Virus record (IMG/VR): IMGVR_UViG_3300046616_000242
Coordinates: 1-64,000 of that record
From: a virus
Reading direction: 5' to 3' (one strand)
Length of the DNA: 64,000 nt
The position numbers and the translations under genes are program-made. The notes under the pieces were generated by a model, which was not told where the DNA came from, made no database searches, and worked only from the letters and a program-made list of their open reading frames with translations. Numbering within the stretch: position 1 is the first letter of the stretch; the number at the start of each line of letters is the position of its first letter. Of this stretch, positions 46,227 through 55,761 are shown in pieces.

Positions 46227-46875
46227 GGCGGTCCTCTCCGATCAACTTGACGTGTGTGAAGGCCTGCTGGATGAAGGAGCCCATCGTGGGGTTGTAGACG
46301 GCGCCCCACTCCCGGGGCGGGAGGTTCGAGGTGACGATCGTGGGCCGGGCCTCGCGGTGACGCTGGCGCAGCAGGGTGTCCAGCAGTCCCTCGGCGTAGC
46401 CGGTCTTGGTCCGGTGCTCCTTGCCGACGTCGTCCAGGACGAGGACGGGGGCCTTCTCGGCCGCCACGATCTTGTCCTGGATGTCCCACCACCGGGCGAC
46501 GGCTTCGGGCTCGGCCCGGTCCTGAAGGCCCATCTTCTCGATGGAGTCCTTCACGAAGTCGGCGTAGGCCAGCCAGTGCACCGGGAGGCGGTGGGCGTAG
46601 TAGACCTCCAGCAGGGTGGCCGTGGCGAGGGTCGTCTTGCCGGTCCCGGGCGGGCCGACGAGCAGCAGGCCCTTACCGATCTGGGACCAGTCCTCGGGGT
46701 ACTCCGTGAGGGGCCGCTTGTCGGTGACGTAGTGGTCGCGCAGTTCGTCGAGCCAGGTACGGCAGGCGGCGGACTCATCGGTGTCCGCCACGGTATTAAG
46801 CCGCAGGTGACGGTAGTGCGCGGGGATGCCGTACTCCTTGAGCCGCAAGGCGTGGACCCGGGGGTCTGTCGCCAC
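46216..46875 (-). CDS. DnaC/IstB-like AAA+ helicase loader
   Basis: GLLLVGPPGTGKT, LVLDDVGKE, PTIVTSN. Confidence 0.85.
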   Translation of the reverse strand: MATDPRVHALRLKEYGIPAHYRHLRLNTVADTDESAACRTWLDELRDHYVTDKRPLTEYPEDWSQIGKGLLLVGPPGTGKTTLATATLLEVYYAHRLPVHWLAYADFVKDSIEKMGLQDRAEPEAVARWWDIQDKIVAAEKAPVLVLDDVGKEHRTKTGYAEGLLDTLLRQRHREARPTIVTSNLPPREWGAVYNPTMGSFIQQAFTHVKLIGEDRRAA

Positions 46876-46997
46876 GGTTGCCTCCTTGTGTGGTGGTGGT
46901 TCAACGCTCAGGAGGCTACCACAGATTACGGCTTTCTGAATACGCCTTTGGGAAAACGTAAGGGGCGGACCGCCGTAGCAGCCCGCCCCTGGTGGCA

Positions 46998-48011
46998 TCA
47001 GTCCCAGAAGGACTCGTCGTGCCGGTGCTTCTCCATCGTGTTGTCGACCTTGCCCAGCCGCTCCGTCAGCAGCCCACGGGCGCCGAGGAAGTCCTTCCAG
47101 GCCGGGTGGTTCTCCGACCGGTTCCAGGAGGACGACCAGTAGGTGATGATCATCTGCCGGATGGTCTCCCGTTCCAGGCCCTGGGCCATCCACCGGCCGA
47201 AGTTCCCGTAGAGGGCGCTGAGGTTGGTGGCGCCGGGTACCGGGTGGCCTACCTCCTCGGCCCGCTTCCCGAAGAACTCGGCCAGTTCCTCCGACGGCCT
47301 CTTGGAGCGCTTCTCACGAGGTCGCCGGACCGGAGGGGCCAGGTCGTCGTCCGAAGCCGGGAGACGGCCAGCGGGGCTGCTTCCTGGATCTTCCTCGCCG
47401 AGGGTCTGGGCCACGACGTACGCCGGGTCGAGTTCCTTCTCCGCCAGGGCGGCCTCCTCCGCCTGCTGCTTCCGGGTCTTCTTCCGACCGCCACGCTTGG
47501 GAGCCGCAACCGCATTCCAGCCCCGAGCACCCGGCCTCACAGGGATCTCCTCGGCCTCGCCGGGATTGGACCGTGCCGACCGGCGCGGTGGAAGAAACGT
47601 AGTTTCTTCTATATCTCTAACTTCTAGTTGGTTATTGGGGTTGGGTGAAAACTTCGACACCTGTGCGGATTCTGCACCCTCAGAGAGGGGTGCGGATTCT
47701 GCACCCTTGGAAGGCTCCGGGAGCCATTCCGATACCGGAAGTACCCGGCGCACCACGGACTTGTACCGCTCGGCCTCGGCAGGCTTCTCCGCGTCCGGGA
47801 CGTGCTCGACGACGCGGCGTTCCTCCAGGGTCGCCAGCGCGGTGAACACCTGGCGCCGCGAGACTCTGGCCTTGGCCGCGATGGTGTCGACGGACTCCCA
47901 GCACATGCGGTGGGAGTCGTTGGCGGCGTCCGCCAGCGCGAGCAGAACCAGGCGCGTGGCCAGGCGGGTGTCGGACTGCGTGAAGACTTCCGACATGATC
48001 ATGATGCTCAC
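46998..48011 (-). CDS. Replication initiator with N-terminal winged HTH
   Basis: RLVLLALADAAND...CWESVDTIAAKARVSRRQVFTALATLE; directly upstream of the DnaC-like gene. Confidence 0.75.
   Translation of the reverse strand: MSIMIMSEVFTQSDTRLATRLVLLALADAANDSHRMCWESVDTIAAKARVSRRQVFTALATLEERRVVEHVPDAEKPAEAERYKSVVRRVLPVSEWLPEPSKGAESAPLSEGAESAQVSKFSPNPNNQLEVRDIEETTFLPPRRSARSNPGEAEEIPVRPGARGWNAVAAPKRGGRKKTRKQQAEEAALAEKELDPAYVVAQTLGEEDPGSSPAGRLPASDDDLAPPVRRPREKRSKRPSEELAEFFGKRAEEVGHPVPGATNLSALYGNFGRWMAQGLERETIRQMIITYWSSSWNRSENHPAWKDFLGARGLLTERLGKVDNTMEKHRHDESFWD
47592..47707. other. Candidate replication origin inside initiator gene
   Basis: GTGCGGATTCTGCACCCT at 47663 and 47690, degenerate copy near 47643, adjacent AT-rich 47592-47636. 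Confidence 0.55.
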
Positions 48012-48106
48012 TCGGCGGCTCCGAATCCGCCGTTGATATTAAGTCGGCTCGACATGTTAGGTTCTTCCCATCTCGGGGTTTGTGGTGGGCCTCGGGGTGT
48101 GGTGGG

Positions 48107-48162
48107 CAAAAGCCCCCGGCAGTGAATTGAGGTCTCGAACCTCTTCAGCGCCGGGGGCTTTT
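48107..48162. terminator. Hairpin terminator
   Basis: AAAAGCCCCCGGC...GCCGGGGGCTTTT. Confidence 0.65.
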
Positions 48163-48169
48163 GCGTTAC

Positions 48170-49477
48170 TCACTCCGAGTCGAGTTCGAGGCCCTTCTCC
48201 TCGATCTCCGCCCGGGTCAGGTGTACGACGGTCTGTCCGGCCGGGATACGGCCACGGCCGCGACGGCTGTAGTTGCCCTCGTCGTCGACCAGGAAGGCGA
48301 ACGTCTTGCTCTCGTCGCGCGGACGTCCACGGCGACGGCGTCCGGAGGTCTGCTCCTCCTCCGGCTCCTCGGCCTTCTTCTCGGCCGGGCGCTCCTGCTC
48401 CTCGGCCTCCTTGTCGTGGACCGAGTCGGCCACGATATTAAGCGCCTTGGCCAGCAGTTCGGTCAGCGGCCGGAGGCGTACCTCGGCCTGGTTGATGACC
48501 GCGTTGCGCTCGTCCTCCAGGCGGAAGGCGTTGTAGGCACCCTCCAAAGCGTTGCCGATGAGGATGAGGTCGATCTCCTTGTCGGGGACCGGGGTGGCCT
48601 CACGCTGGATCTTCTGCGCGGCGCGGTTGACCTCCTGCTCCAGGTCCTCCTGCTGCTCCTGGATGTCCTGCTCGACCGGGTGCTCCTCGGGCTCCGGCTC
48701 GACCTTGCGACCGCGACGGCCGCGCTTCGGCTCCTCCTGCTTGGGCTCCTCCGGCGCGTCCTCCTCGGTCAGCGGCTCCTCCTCCGGCTCGGCCTCCTCG
48801 GGCTCGGAGCGGCGGCCACGACGGCGACCGCGCTTGGGGGCCTCCGGCTCGGGCTCCGGCTCGGGTTCCGGCTGGGGCTCCTCCTCGGGCTCCTCGGCCT
48901 GCGGCTGCTCGCCGAAGGAGATGTCGTCGAGTCCGGCGGTGAGGTCCTTGGCCTTGAAGCCCGCCTGGTCGGCGGCGTCCAGGAGGAGTTCGGCCTGCTC
49001 GCTGCCCTCGTCGCCCCACAGGAGGATGACGTGGACCTCGTCGCCCACACTGTCGGCCTTCTTCAGCAGGTCGACCACACCGGCCGTGACGTTGGCGACG
49101 TGGACGGTCTCCTCGGCGTCCTTGAGGATCTGCTCGGTGGCGCGGCTGCGCTTGTTGTCGGCCACGGCGACGTAGGGGAGGTCGGCCTTCTCGGCCCAGC
49201 CGAGGACCGCTTCCAGGCCGTCGGACAGGTGCTCCCGGGTGACCGGGAAGATGAGGTTGATCTCGCGGTCGCTCGGCTCGAAGAAGCCGTCCTTGTCCTC
49301 GTCGCCGAAGCCGAGCCAGTCGTTGAGCAGGTCCTTGACGTTCTCGGGGTCGATGTCGGCGGAACCAGCGAAGGCCAGGGTGATGGGCTGCTTGCTCAAG
49401 TCTGCTCCAGTGTTGTGGTGGTCGCTGCCGTGGTTGGCAACAAGGAAGACCTTAGCCATTACGGCTTCTAAAAGCAA
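48170..49477 (-). CDS. Acidic protein with RGR/AT-hook and Lsr2-like RGRIPA motifs (true start may be TTG 49399)
   Basis: Glu/Pro-rich linker, KRGRRRGRR, KRGRRGRK, RRRRGRPR, RRGRGRIPAG. Confidence 0.7.
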   Translation of the reverse strand: MLLEAVMAKVFLVANHGSDHHNTGADLSKQPITLAFAGSADIDPENVKDLLNDWLGFGDEDKDGFFEPSDREINLIFPVTREHLSDGLEAVLGWAEKADLPYVAVADNKRSRATEQILKDAEETVHVANVTAGVVDLLKKADSVGDEVHVILLWGDEGSEQAELLLDAADQAGFKAKDLTAGLDDISFGEQPQAEEPEEEPQPEPEPEPEPEAPKRGRRRGRRSEPEEAEPEEEPLTEEDAPEEPKQEEPKRGRRGRKVEPEPEEHPVEQDIQEQQEDLEQEVNRAAQKIQREATPVPDKEIDLILIGNALEGAYNAFRLEDERNAVINQAEVRLRPLTELLAKALNIVADSVHDKEAEEQERPAEKKAEEPEEEQTSGRRRRGRPRDESKTFAFLVDDEGNYSRRGRGRIPAGQTVVHLTRAEIEEKGLELDSE

Positions 49478-49508
49478 GAAAACCCCGCTTGTCTAGCGGG
49501 GTTTTGCT
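49478..49508. terminator. Terminator ending structural/lysis transcript
   Basis: AAAACCCCGCT...AGCGGGGTTTT. Confidence 0.7.
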
Positions 49509-49520
49509 TGTGCTTGACAA

Positions 49521-49808
49521 TCAGGGGAGGTCGGGGACTCTCCGCCCGGTGTTCGGGTGCCTGCGCGGCAGGCGCAGAGAGGTCGTCTCAGCCCCGCTGC
49601 CCCGTACCTGCGCGTGCAGTACCGCCACGACTCCAGCAGCCGCCCCAGCGGCCAGCCACGGGCCGGGAACACGCTGCACCTCGTAGGCCAGCCCCACGAC
49701 CACGGGCGGCTGAAGGGCGGCCGGGATAGCGACAGGCAGGACGTCGCGCAGCCACTCCCACGCGGTGAAGGTGGCGAAGGCGATCAGCAGCAGCCGGAAC
49801 CAGTCCAT
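49521..49808 (-). CDS. Small membrane protein (lysis-associated?)
   Basis: Hydrophobic segments; follows holin-like gene. Confidence 0.6.
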   Translation of the reverse strand: MDWFRLLLIAFATFTAWEWLRDVLPVAIPAALQPPVVVGLAYEVQRVPGPWLAAGAAAGVVAVLHAQVRGSGAETTSLRLPRRHPNTGRRVPDLP

Positions 49809-49810
49809 GG

Positions 49811-50422
49811 TCAGATCGCCCTCGGACCCAGGCCGCCAGGCTGCACAGCGACGGCAGGTGTGGAGTTCTCGACGACCGGCGCCGCGACCGCCTCCACGGC
49901 CGTAACGATGGCCGGGACCGCGACCGTCTCGAAGCGCTGGACGACCGTGCCGACGACGGGGATCTCCTCGGCCGCCTTGACGGCCTCCTCCACGCCGGAC
50001 TGAACCACGTCGGTGCTCAAGGGGAAGTCGTTGGTGATGCCCTGTGCGTCCTCGGCCAGCTCGGCCGCCTGCGCCACCTCGAAGTACCGCTCGACGTCGG
50101 CGCCGTGGGTATTAAGACGGCTCTCGACCTCGGACACGAACAGGTTCTGGAGCGCACCGAACCAGGAGTACTTCTTCAGCAGGGAGTGGTAGAACGCGGT
50201 GCCGGACAGCCAGGCCAGGAACGCGGCGATCACAGCGGGCGCCCACACGAAGTTCGACGGGTCGGCCTTGTAGGTGGCCAGGGAGCCGGTGGCGAGGGCC
50301 AGGACGGCGTGCGCGAAGCCCTTGACGGTGGGGTTGGTCGACGGCTTGGTGAACACCGCCACGATGGCGGGCAGGACCAGGCCGACGGCGAGGGCCGCCA
50401 CGTCGGCGTAGTTGGTAAGCAT
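49811..50422 (-). CDS. Holin-like membrane protein
   Basis: Three N-terminal TM segments, acidic C-terminus, end of tail module. Confidence 0.55.
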   Translation of the reverse strand: MLTNYADVAALAVGLVLPAIVAVFTKPSTNPTVKGFAHAVLALATGSLATYKADPSNFVWAPAVIAAFLAWLSGTAFYHSLLKKYSWFGALQNLFVSEVESRLNTHGADVERYFEVAQAAELAEDAQGITNDFPLSTDVVQSGVEEAVKAAEEIPVVGTVVQRFETVAVPAIVTAVEAVAAPVVENSTPAVAVQPGGLGPRAI

Positions 50423-50443
50423 GGGGATCCTTACGGGTCGTGG

Positions 50444-51670
50444 TTACTGGGTCGGCAGAACGGCGTACTGAGGTACGGCCGCCGTGATTCCCAGAGGAAC
50501 ATTCTCTTCGAGCAGGGTGCGGATCAGGTAACTGCGCTCGACGTAGTTCTCGTAGAAGTACGAGCGGGCCAGGTTGGGGCTGCCCCCCTGCTCCCACAGG
50601 TAGTCCGATCCCATCGAGCCGTCGAAGTAGTCGCGGACGGAGGTACCTTCCTCGACCAGGACGCCGTCGGCCCAGAAGATGCTCGCCGTGCCCGGGGTCA
50701 TGGTGGGCTTCAGGACGTTCATGCCGACGTACAGCGAGGACGACGGCGTCGTGAAGGTGACGTACAGCGTGCGCCACCGCTTCTGGGCCGGGTCCCTGCG
50801 GTTGGCTGCCTGCGTCCACTTCACCGCGTCCAACTGCACTGCCCCCGCGCCGGACCAGGGGGCGATGTCCCCGCAGCCCTGGGCGATGGCCACGCGGGCG
50901 CTCATGGTGTACGTACGGCCAGGGATCATGCCGGACACCTGGAAGGACAGGCCGCTGTCCTGTGTGGCCGTGGTGGGCACGGTGACCTTGAGAGCCTGGG
51001 TGCCCCGCCAGGAGAAGGAGTCCAGCGCATGGGTGGCCTGGCCGGTCGGACCGTAGCCGGTCAGCCCGCTCTCGAAGTTGGGGTTGGTCGCGTAGTTCAG
51101 CCGGGACGGCTTGATGATGGCCTGGATCTCGCGGGCGTTCTGGTATGTGCTGGGGCCGGTTGAGCCCACCGGCAGCGCCTCGAACTGGACCGCATCCAAA
51201 ATCTGGTGTTTGTTCGCCGACATGCTCGCGAACTTGAACCCGACAGAGGCGTACGCGGCCCGCTTCCAGGCGTAGCCGCCACCGGATACCGGGTAGTCCA
51301 CCGGGCCGGTGAACGCGGCGTAGGCGCGGCTGTAGGAGCCAGCGGGAGCCGACTGAAGCGCGCCGGAGTTGATACCGGTCCACGCCATGGCCGGGTCGAC
51401 GCCCGCGTACGGGTAGTGGGCGAAGTCCTTGAACGCTGCGGCGGGCGCCTTGATTCCGGCCGAGAGGTGACCCTGGAAGGAGATCTGCCCGGCCTCGGGG
51501 GCTAGCGGCTGCGGGCGTGGGATCTTGATGGCCAGCGTGCCGTCGAGGGTGACCTGGCCGCCGAGCGTGGGACCGAACACCCTGAACCGGCGGCCGACGA
51601 TGCTGCCGGAGAAGGAGACGACCGGGGCGAAGTCGTCGTCGTTGACGAAGGTGAGGTTGTGCGTGGTCAT
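50444..51670 (-). CDS. Tail/baseplate protein with carbohydrate-binding-like domain
   Basis: LNYATNPNFE, jelly-roll pattern, YFDGS. Confidence 0.65.
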   Translation of the reverse strand: MTTHNLTFVNDDDFAPVVSFSGSIVGRRFRVFGPTLGGQVTLDGTLAIKIPRPQPLAPEAGQISFQGHLSAGIKAPAAAFKDFAHYPYAGVDPAMAWTGINSGALQSAPAGSYSRAYAAFTGPVDYPVSGGGYAWKRAAYASVGFKFASMSANKHQILDAVQFEALPVGSTGPSTYQNAREIQAIIKPSRLNYATNPNFESGLTGYGPTGQATHALDSFSWRGTQALKVTVPTTATQDSGLSFQVSGMIPGRTYTMSARVAIAQGCGDIAPWSGAGAVQLDAVKWTQAANRRDPAQKRWRTLYVTFTTPSSSLYVGMNVLKPTMTPGTASIFWADGVLVEEGTSVRDYFDGSMGSDYLWEQGGSPNLARSYFYENYVERSYLIRTLLEENVPLGITAAVPQYAVLPTQ

Positions 51671-53652
51671 CAGGTCACCACCATTCCGACCTTGGTGGCC
51701 GTGCTGAACGTCGAGTTAGTAAGGGTGAGCACCTGGGTTCCGTTCCTCTGCACGGTGATGTTGCTCCCGGAGAAGGCGACCGTGATGCGGTCCCCGTCCA
51801 GGAAGGTCTGGGAGTAGGCGTAGGTGGCGACCCAGGATCCGGCCTCGATGCGGTGGAGTCCTGTGCGGCCCGCTCGCCAGTAGTTGGAGGCGTCCTGGAG
51901 CCGGAACACCACTCCCTGCCGCAGGGTGTTCGACGGGCTGGTGAGGAACGTTGCTGCCACTGTCCCGTCGGCGTGGCCGGGAACGGTGGCGATGGACGCC
52001 GTGGCGCCTACCGGGTAGGCCGATCCTCCTGCGTAGCCGCCGGAGGTCCACTGGCCCAGCGTCTCGGTCCAGGAGGCGCCGCCCAGGTCCGTGGTGCGGG
52101 TGGTCCAGTCGACCCAGCCCTGGCTGAAGGAGTCGAGCACGGTGTAGGCCGGGACGGTGTCGGAGTACAGAGAGGTGATCAGCGCGCCGTGGGCGTCGTA
52201 GTACTCGACGAACGGGTACACGTTGACCTGCTCGCCGGAGTACGCCTGCGCGTAGCCGGACAGGCACATCTGCACACGGTCGTCGTAACCCAGCGGCGTC
52301 CACTGGGCGTTGGCCGTCGGGGTGGTCGGTGGTGAGACGTTCAGGGACGCGGTGAGCGCCTGGTAGATGCGGCCGTGGAAGACGACCATGTCACCGGGCT
52401 GGTAGTCGGTGTTGTTGTCCCACGCCTGCCAGGTGTACGGGATGGGGACGCCGAACAGGACTGGCTGCTGCGGGTCCATCGTCGACTGGCCGGACAGGCG
52501 GCCGACGGAGCGCACACCCATCGTGGCGACCGAGCCGCCGGAGTTGGTGTTGCGCACCCACAGCGCGTTGCCCGCCTTGTCGTTGGGGTCGGTCGGGTTC
52601 TGCACGCCGATGCCCACCAGGACGCCGTTGGTGCCTGGGGTGACGCCTGCGGTGAAGGAGATCTCTTCCCAGCCCGCCACGTGTCCGTTGGCGTCGACCA
52701 GGGTGGAGTCGGTGCCGTACGAGACGACGGTCCAGTACGCGTTGGAGGCGTTGGTGCCGGTGGGTGCCTGGGCCTGTCCGTACGCACCGGAGGAGCCTGC
52801 CTGGTACAGGTACGAGCCGAACTCCACCTTCTCCCCGGAGGCGTAGTTCACACCCGAGTCCCACTGCGGGAACGTCGGGTGGTCGAAGTCGGCCTGGTCG
52901 TCGGAGAGCATCAGGTTGTCGCCGATGCTCAGGTCGGCGTCGTATCCGGTGGTCTCGGAGATGATCGAGCGGATCTGCTCCAGGGTGCCCTTCTGGCGGC
53001 CGAGAGTGGCCGCGTCCCGCACGCGCTGGCGGAAGAGGTAGGCCGGGGCGCTGGCCTCGTACTGGATCCCGAACTGGTTGGCCAACTGGGCGATGTTGTC
53101 GAAGCGCGTGCGCATCGCGTCGTTGGTGTACCGGTTGGAGTCGTAGTAGCTCTTCACGATGTCGAACCCGAACCCGAAGATCGACAGGAACGGGGTCAGG
53201 TAGGGGTTGAGCGTGTTGGAGTCGTCGGTGACGTTGTTGCCCGGCTGGACGTCGACCTTGTACTGGTCGGGGATCAGGTCGTACAGCAGCTCGGTGTAGC
53301 CGTTGTTCTTCGGCATCAGGCACGAGATGGTTCCCGCCCGGGACCACTGGCCGGACGCGGAGATGAAGATCGTGTAGTACAGCCAGTGCCCGCCGACCAC
53401 GCCCTTGTCGGAGAACGAGGTCGCGGCGTGGGTCTGGTCGAGCAGGATCTCGCCATCGTTCTCGTTGACCGCCCAGCCGTACCGGTTGCGGATCAGCCGC
53501 AGGGAGTCCCACGTACCCGCCGGGGCCTTCCAGTCCAGCAGCACGGTGGAGTAGTCCACGGGCGTGGCTGTGAACGGGCTGACGTCGAAGTCGGGATGGA
53601 TGTCCGTCCCGTATTTCGACAGCCCGTACAGGGAAACGCCGTACGTTCCCAC
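51670..53652 (-). CDS. Baseplate wedge (P2 gpI-like) protein with CBM5/12-like modules
   Basis: LYDLIP..Y, LANQFG, QKGT; WDSGVNY..GEKV and WDNNTDYQPGDMVVFHGRIYQA. Confidence 0.7.
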   Translation of the reverse strand: MGTYGVSLYGLSKYGTDIHPDFDVSPFTATPVDYSTVLLDWKAPAGTWDSLRLIRNRYGWAVNENDGEILLDQTHAATSFSDKGVVGGHWLYYTIFISASGQWSRAGTISCLMPKNNGYTELLYDLIPDQYKVDVQPGNNVTDDSNTLNPYLTPFLSIFGFGFDIVKSYYDSNRYTNDAMRTRFDNIAQLANQFGIQYEASAPAYLFRQRVRDAATLGRQKGTLEQIRSIISETTGYDADLSIGDNLMLSDDQADFDHPTFPQWDSGVNYASGEKVEFGSYLYQAGSSGAYGQAQAPTGTNASNAYWTVVSYGTDSTLVDANGHVAGWEEISFTAGVTPGTNGVLVGIGVQNPTDPNDKAGNALWVRNTNSGGSVATMGVRSVGRLSGQSTMDPQQPVLFGVPIPYTWQAWDNNTDYQPGDMVVFHGRIYQALTASLNVSPPTTPTANAQWTPLGYDDRVQMCLSGYAQAYSGEQVNVYPFVEYYDAHGALITSLYSDTVPAYTVLDSFSQGWVDWTTRTTDLGGASWTETLGQWTSGGYAGGSAYPVGATASIATVPGHADGTVAATFLTSPSNTLRQGVVFRLQDASNYWRAGRTGLHRIEAGSWVATYAYSQTFLDGDRITVAFSGSNITVQRNGTQVLTLTNSTFSTATKVGMVVT

Positions 53653-53653
53653 C

Positions 53654-54289
53654 TCACGCCTCCCGGATCATGACCGCGCTCAGGTGCAGGTTCTGGAGTT
53701 GCAGGGTCTTGGTGGCCAGCGGGTGGTAGAGGGTGAGGTCGATGGCCTTGCCTGCGGTGACCCATCCCTGCCAGCCGATGTGCATGTGGGAGTTTCCGTC
53801 GGTGATCGGTTGGAGGTCCTGGGACATCACCTGACCGCCGCCGACTGCGATGTTGATCTGCCGGTCGGCGCCCGTGGCGTTCGAGCCGGTGGCGTTGGCC
53901 CACATGACTCGGCCGAAGACGATCCACCAGCCGGTGCGGTTGGCCGTGATCGAGTGCCCGTTGAACAGTCCCTCGGGGTCCTGGGCCGCCGACGGCCGGG
54001 AGAAGGAGATCGTCTTGGTCGCGCCTCCCTTGACGGTGTCAGACGTCTTGGACACGTAGCACGCGGGTATGCCGTGGCCGCGCTGGATGGCGTCGAGCCG
54101 GGCCGCGACGGAGGCGTAGGTGTTGGTCTTCATCTTCAGGCCGGTGTCCTGGTGCGGCAGGATGCCCAGGGTCTGCTGAAGGGCCAGCACCTCGTCCTGG
54201 AGGTTGTTGACGTGGGATGCGTCGATGTCCTCCACCAGGTTCTTGTGCACGGTGAAGGACTTGTACTGCTTCGGGTAGACGGCGGCCAT
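53654..54289 (-). CDS. Minor tail protein
   Basis: IDASHVNNLQDEVLALQ; position after baseplate J. Confidence 0.65.
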   Translation of the reverse strand: MAAVYPKQYKSFTVHKNLVEDIDASHVNNLQDEVLALQQTLGILPHQDTGLKMKTNTYASVAARLDAIQRGHGIPACYVSKTSDTVKGGATKTISFSRPSAAQDPEGLFNGHSITANRTGWWIVFGRVMWANATGSNATGADRQINIAVGGGQVMSQDLQPITDGNSHMHIGWQGWVTAGKAIDLTLYHPLATKTLQLQNLHLSAVMIREA

Positions 54290-55761
54290 CAGCCGATACC
54301 TCCGGTCATGGTGATGTTGGCGATGTTGCCGACCGTGGGGATTTCCCAGGCGCGCATGACGATGTCGGCGGTCCCGGTCTGGGCCGCGTCGGCGCGGGCA
54401 ATCAGGGGGATGTCGACGTAGCGGACTCCCTCCACGTCCAGGATCGTTTTGTAGAAGTCGGAGAGGGTCAGGCGCATGCCGAAGTCGACGTTCGCGAAGG
54501 AGAGCATCGTCTTCAGCGCCTGCTGCACGTCGTAGAGGACGGAGGCCCGGGAGTAGCGGGGCCAGCACTCGACGGTGATCGGGTTCGAGGAGTTGCCCAC
54601 GTTCACCTTGACCGTGGTCGGGCCGGACACAGTGACCGTGGTGCCTGCCAGGGCCTTGGCCTGGAGGCTGGTTTGCACGTTCTGGAGGGTGGTCGTGCTC
54701 GGGGTTCCTCCGGCGGAGCCGATGACGAACACCGAGATCGAGGTGTAGGTCGACGCGATGGCGTTGGCCCGGACGATGCCGGGGATGGTCAGCGCGAGGT
54801 CGGAGAAGTCGGCCAGGGTGACGCAGCGGTCCTGGGTGCGGAAGATGCGCGGGGCGTTGGCGCGGATCTGGTCGTTGGTCTCCGGGTCAGCCCCGCCGGT
54901 CATGACGGAAGAGATCGCATTGCCGCTGGAGTCCTGCGAGAAGGTGACACCAGGCAGGGTGGAGTCCGCGATGGCGTTGACCACGCCCGCGTTCACGTTG
55001 CCGACCGTCCCGCCGCCCACTCGGTAGGTGGCGTAGATGGTCAGGTTGGTGGTCGGGATGGCGCCGTTGATGTTGTCGCCGAAGCGGATCCACGTGGCAC
55101 CCGCCTCGTCCAGGTAGGTGCTGAAGACGCGGTCGCTCGGGTCGGCGTCCACGATGTAGTCGATGTACGTCCACTCGGTGAGGGTGTCGACGTCGTCCAC
55201 GTACACGCGGACCGTGCCGCCGATGACAGGCACGTCGGGCAGCCGGAACTCCTGCACCGGCAGGCCCGAGCTGGTGCCGACGTTGACCTGGGTGCGGGTG
55301 ACTCCCTGGGTGACGGAGACAGTCGCGGTGCCACCGTTCTTGGGCACGGTGACGTCCGTGTCGGTCTCGTACGTGATCGGCGAGTCGATGGTGTCGATGT
55401 AGTCGGTGACGACCTGGGTGCCCGCAGGCACGGTGACGGCCGGGCCCGGGTTGGACGTCTGGAAGGTGACAGTTCCGGTAGCCGGTACGCCGTTGGACGG
55501 CTGGTAGCCGAGCAGGTCGGAGATCTGGAGCAGGGACAGCCGCTGCGTCGCGGTGGGCAGGAAGGACTCCTGCTGGAGCCGGTCGCCGTAGTAGGAGAGG
55601 CTGTCCCCGAGGTAGGAGAACAGCTCGACCAGGAGCACGCCGAAGTCGCCCTCGGAGGAGGGCACCCACTGGGGGAAGGCACGCGAGGCGAAGTCGAGCA
55701 GGGACGACTTGAAGCCCTCGTAGTCGCGTGAGGTGTAGTCGATCGCGGGAACGTCAGCCAC
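54289..55761 (-). CDS. Baseplate J-like protein
   Basis: IDYTSRDYE, DFGVLLVEL, FGDNING, GGADPET, RCVTLADF. Confidence 0.9.
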   Translation of the reverse strand: MADVPAIDYTSRDYEGFKSSLLDFASRAFPQWVPSSEGDFGVLLVELFSYLGDSLSYYGDRLQQESFLPTATQRLSLLQISDLLGYQPSNGVPATGTVTFQTSNPGPAVTVPAGTQVVTDYIDTIDSPITYETDTDVTVPKNGGTATVSVTQGVTRTQVNVGTSSGLPVQEFRLPDVPVIGGTVRVYVDDVDTLTEWTYIDYIVDADPSDRVFSTYLDEAGATWIRFGDNINGAIPTTNLTIYATYRVGGGTVGNVNAGVVNAIADSTLPGVTFSQDSSGNAISSVMTGGADPETNDQIRANAPRIFRTQDRCVTLADFSDLALTIPGIVRANAIASTYTSISVFVIGSAGGTPSTTTLQNVQTSLQAKALAGTTVTVSGPTTVKVNVGNSSNPITVECWPRYSRASVLYDVQQALKTMLSFANVDFGMRLTLSDFYKTILDVEGVRYVDIPLIARADAAQTGTADIVMRAWEIPTVGNIANITMTGGIG

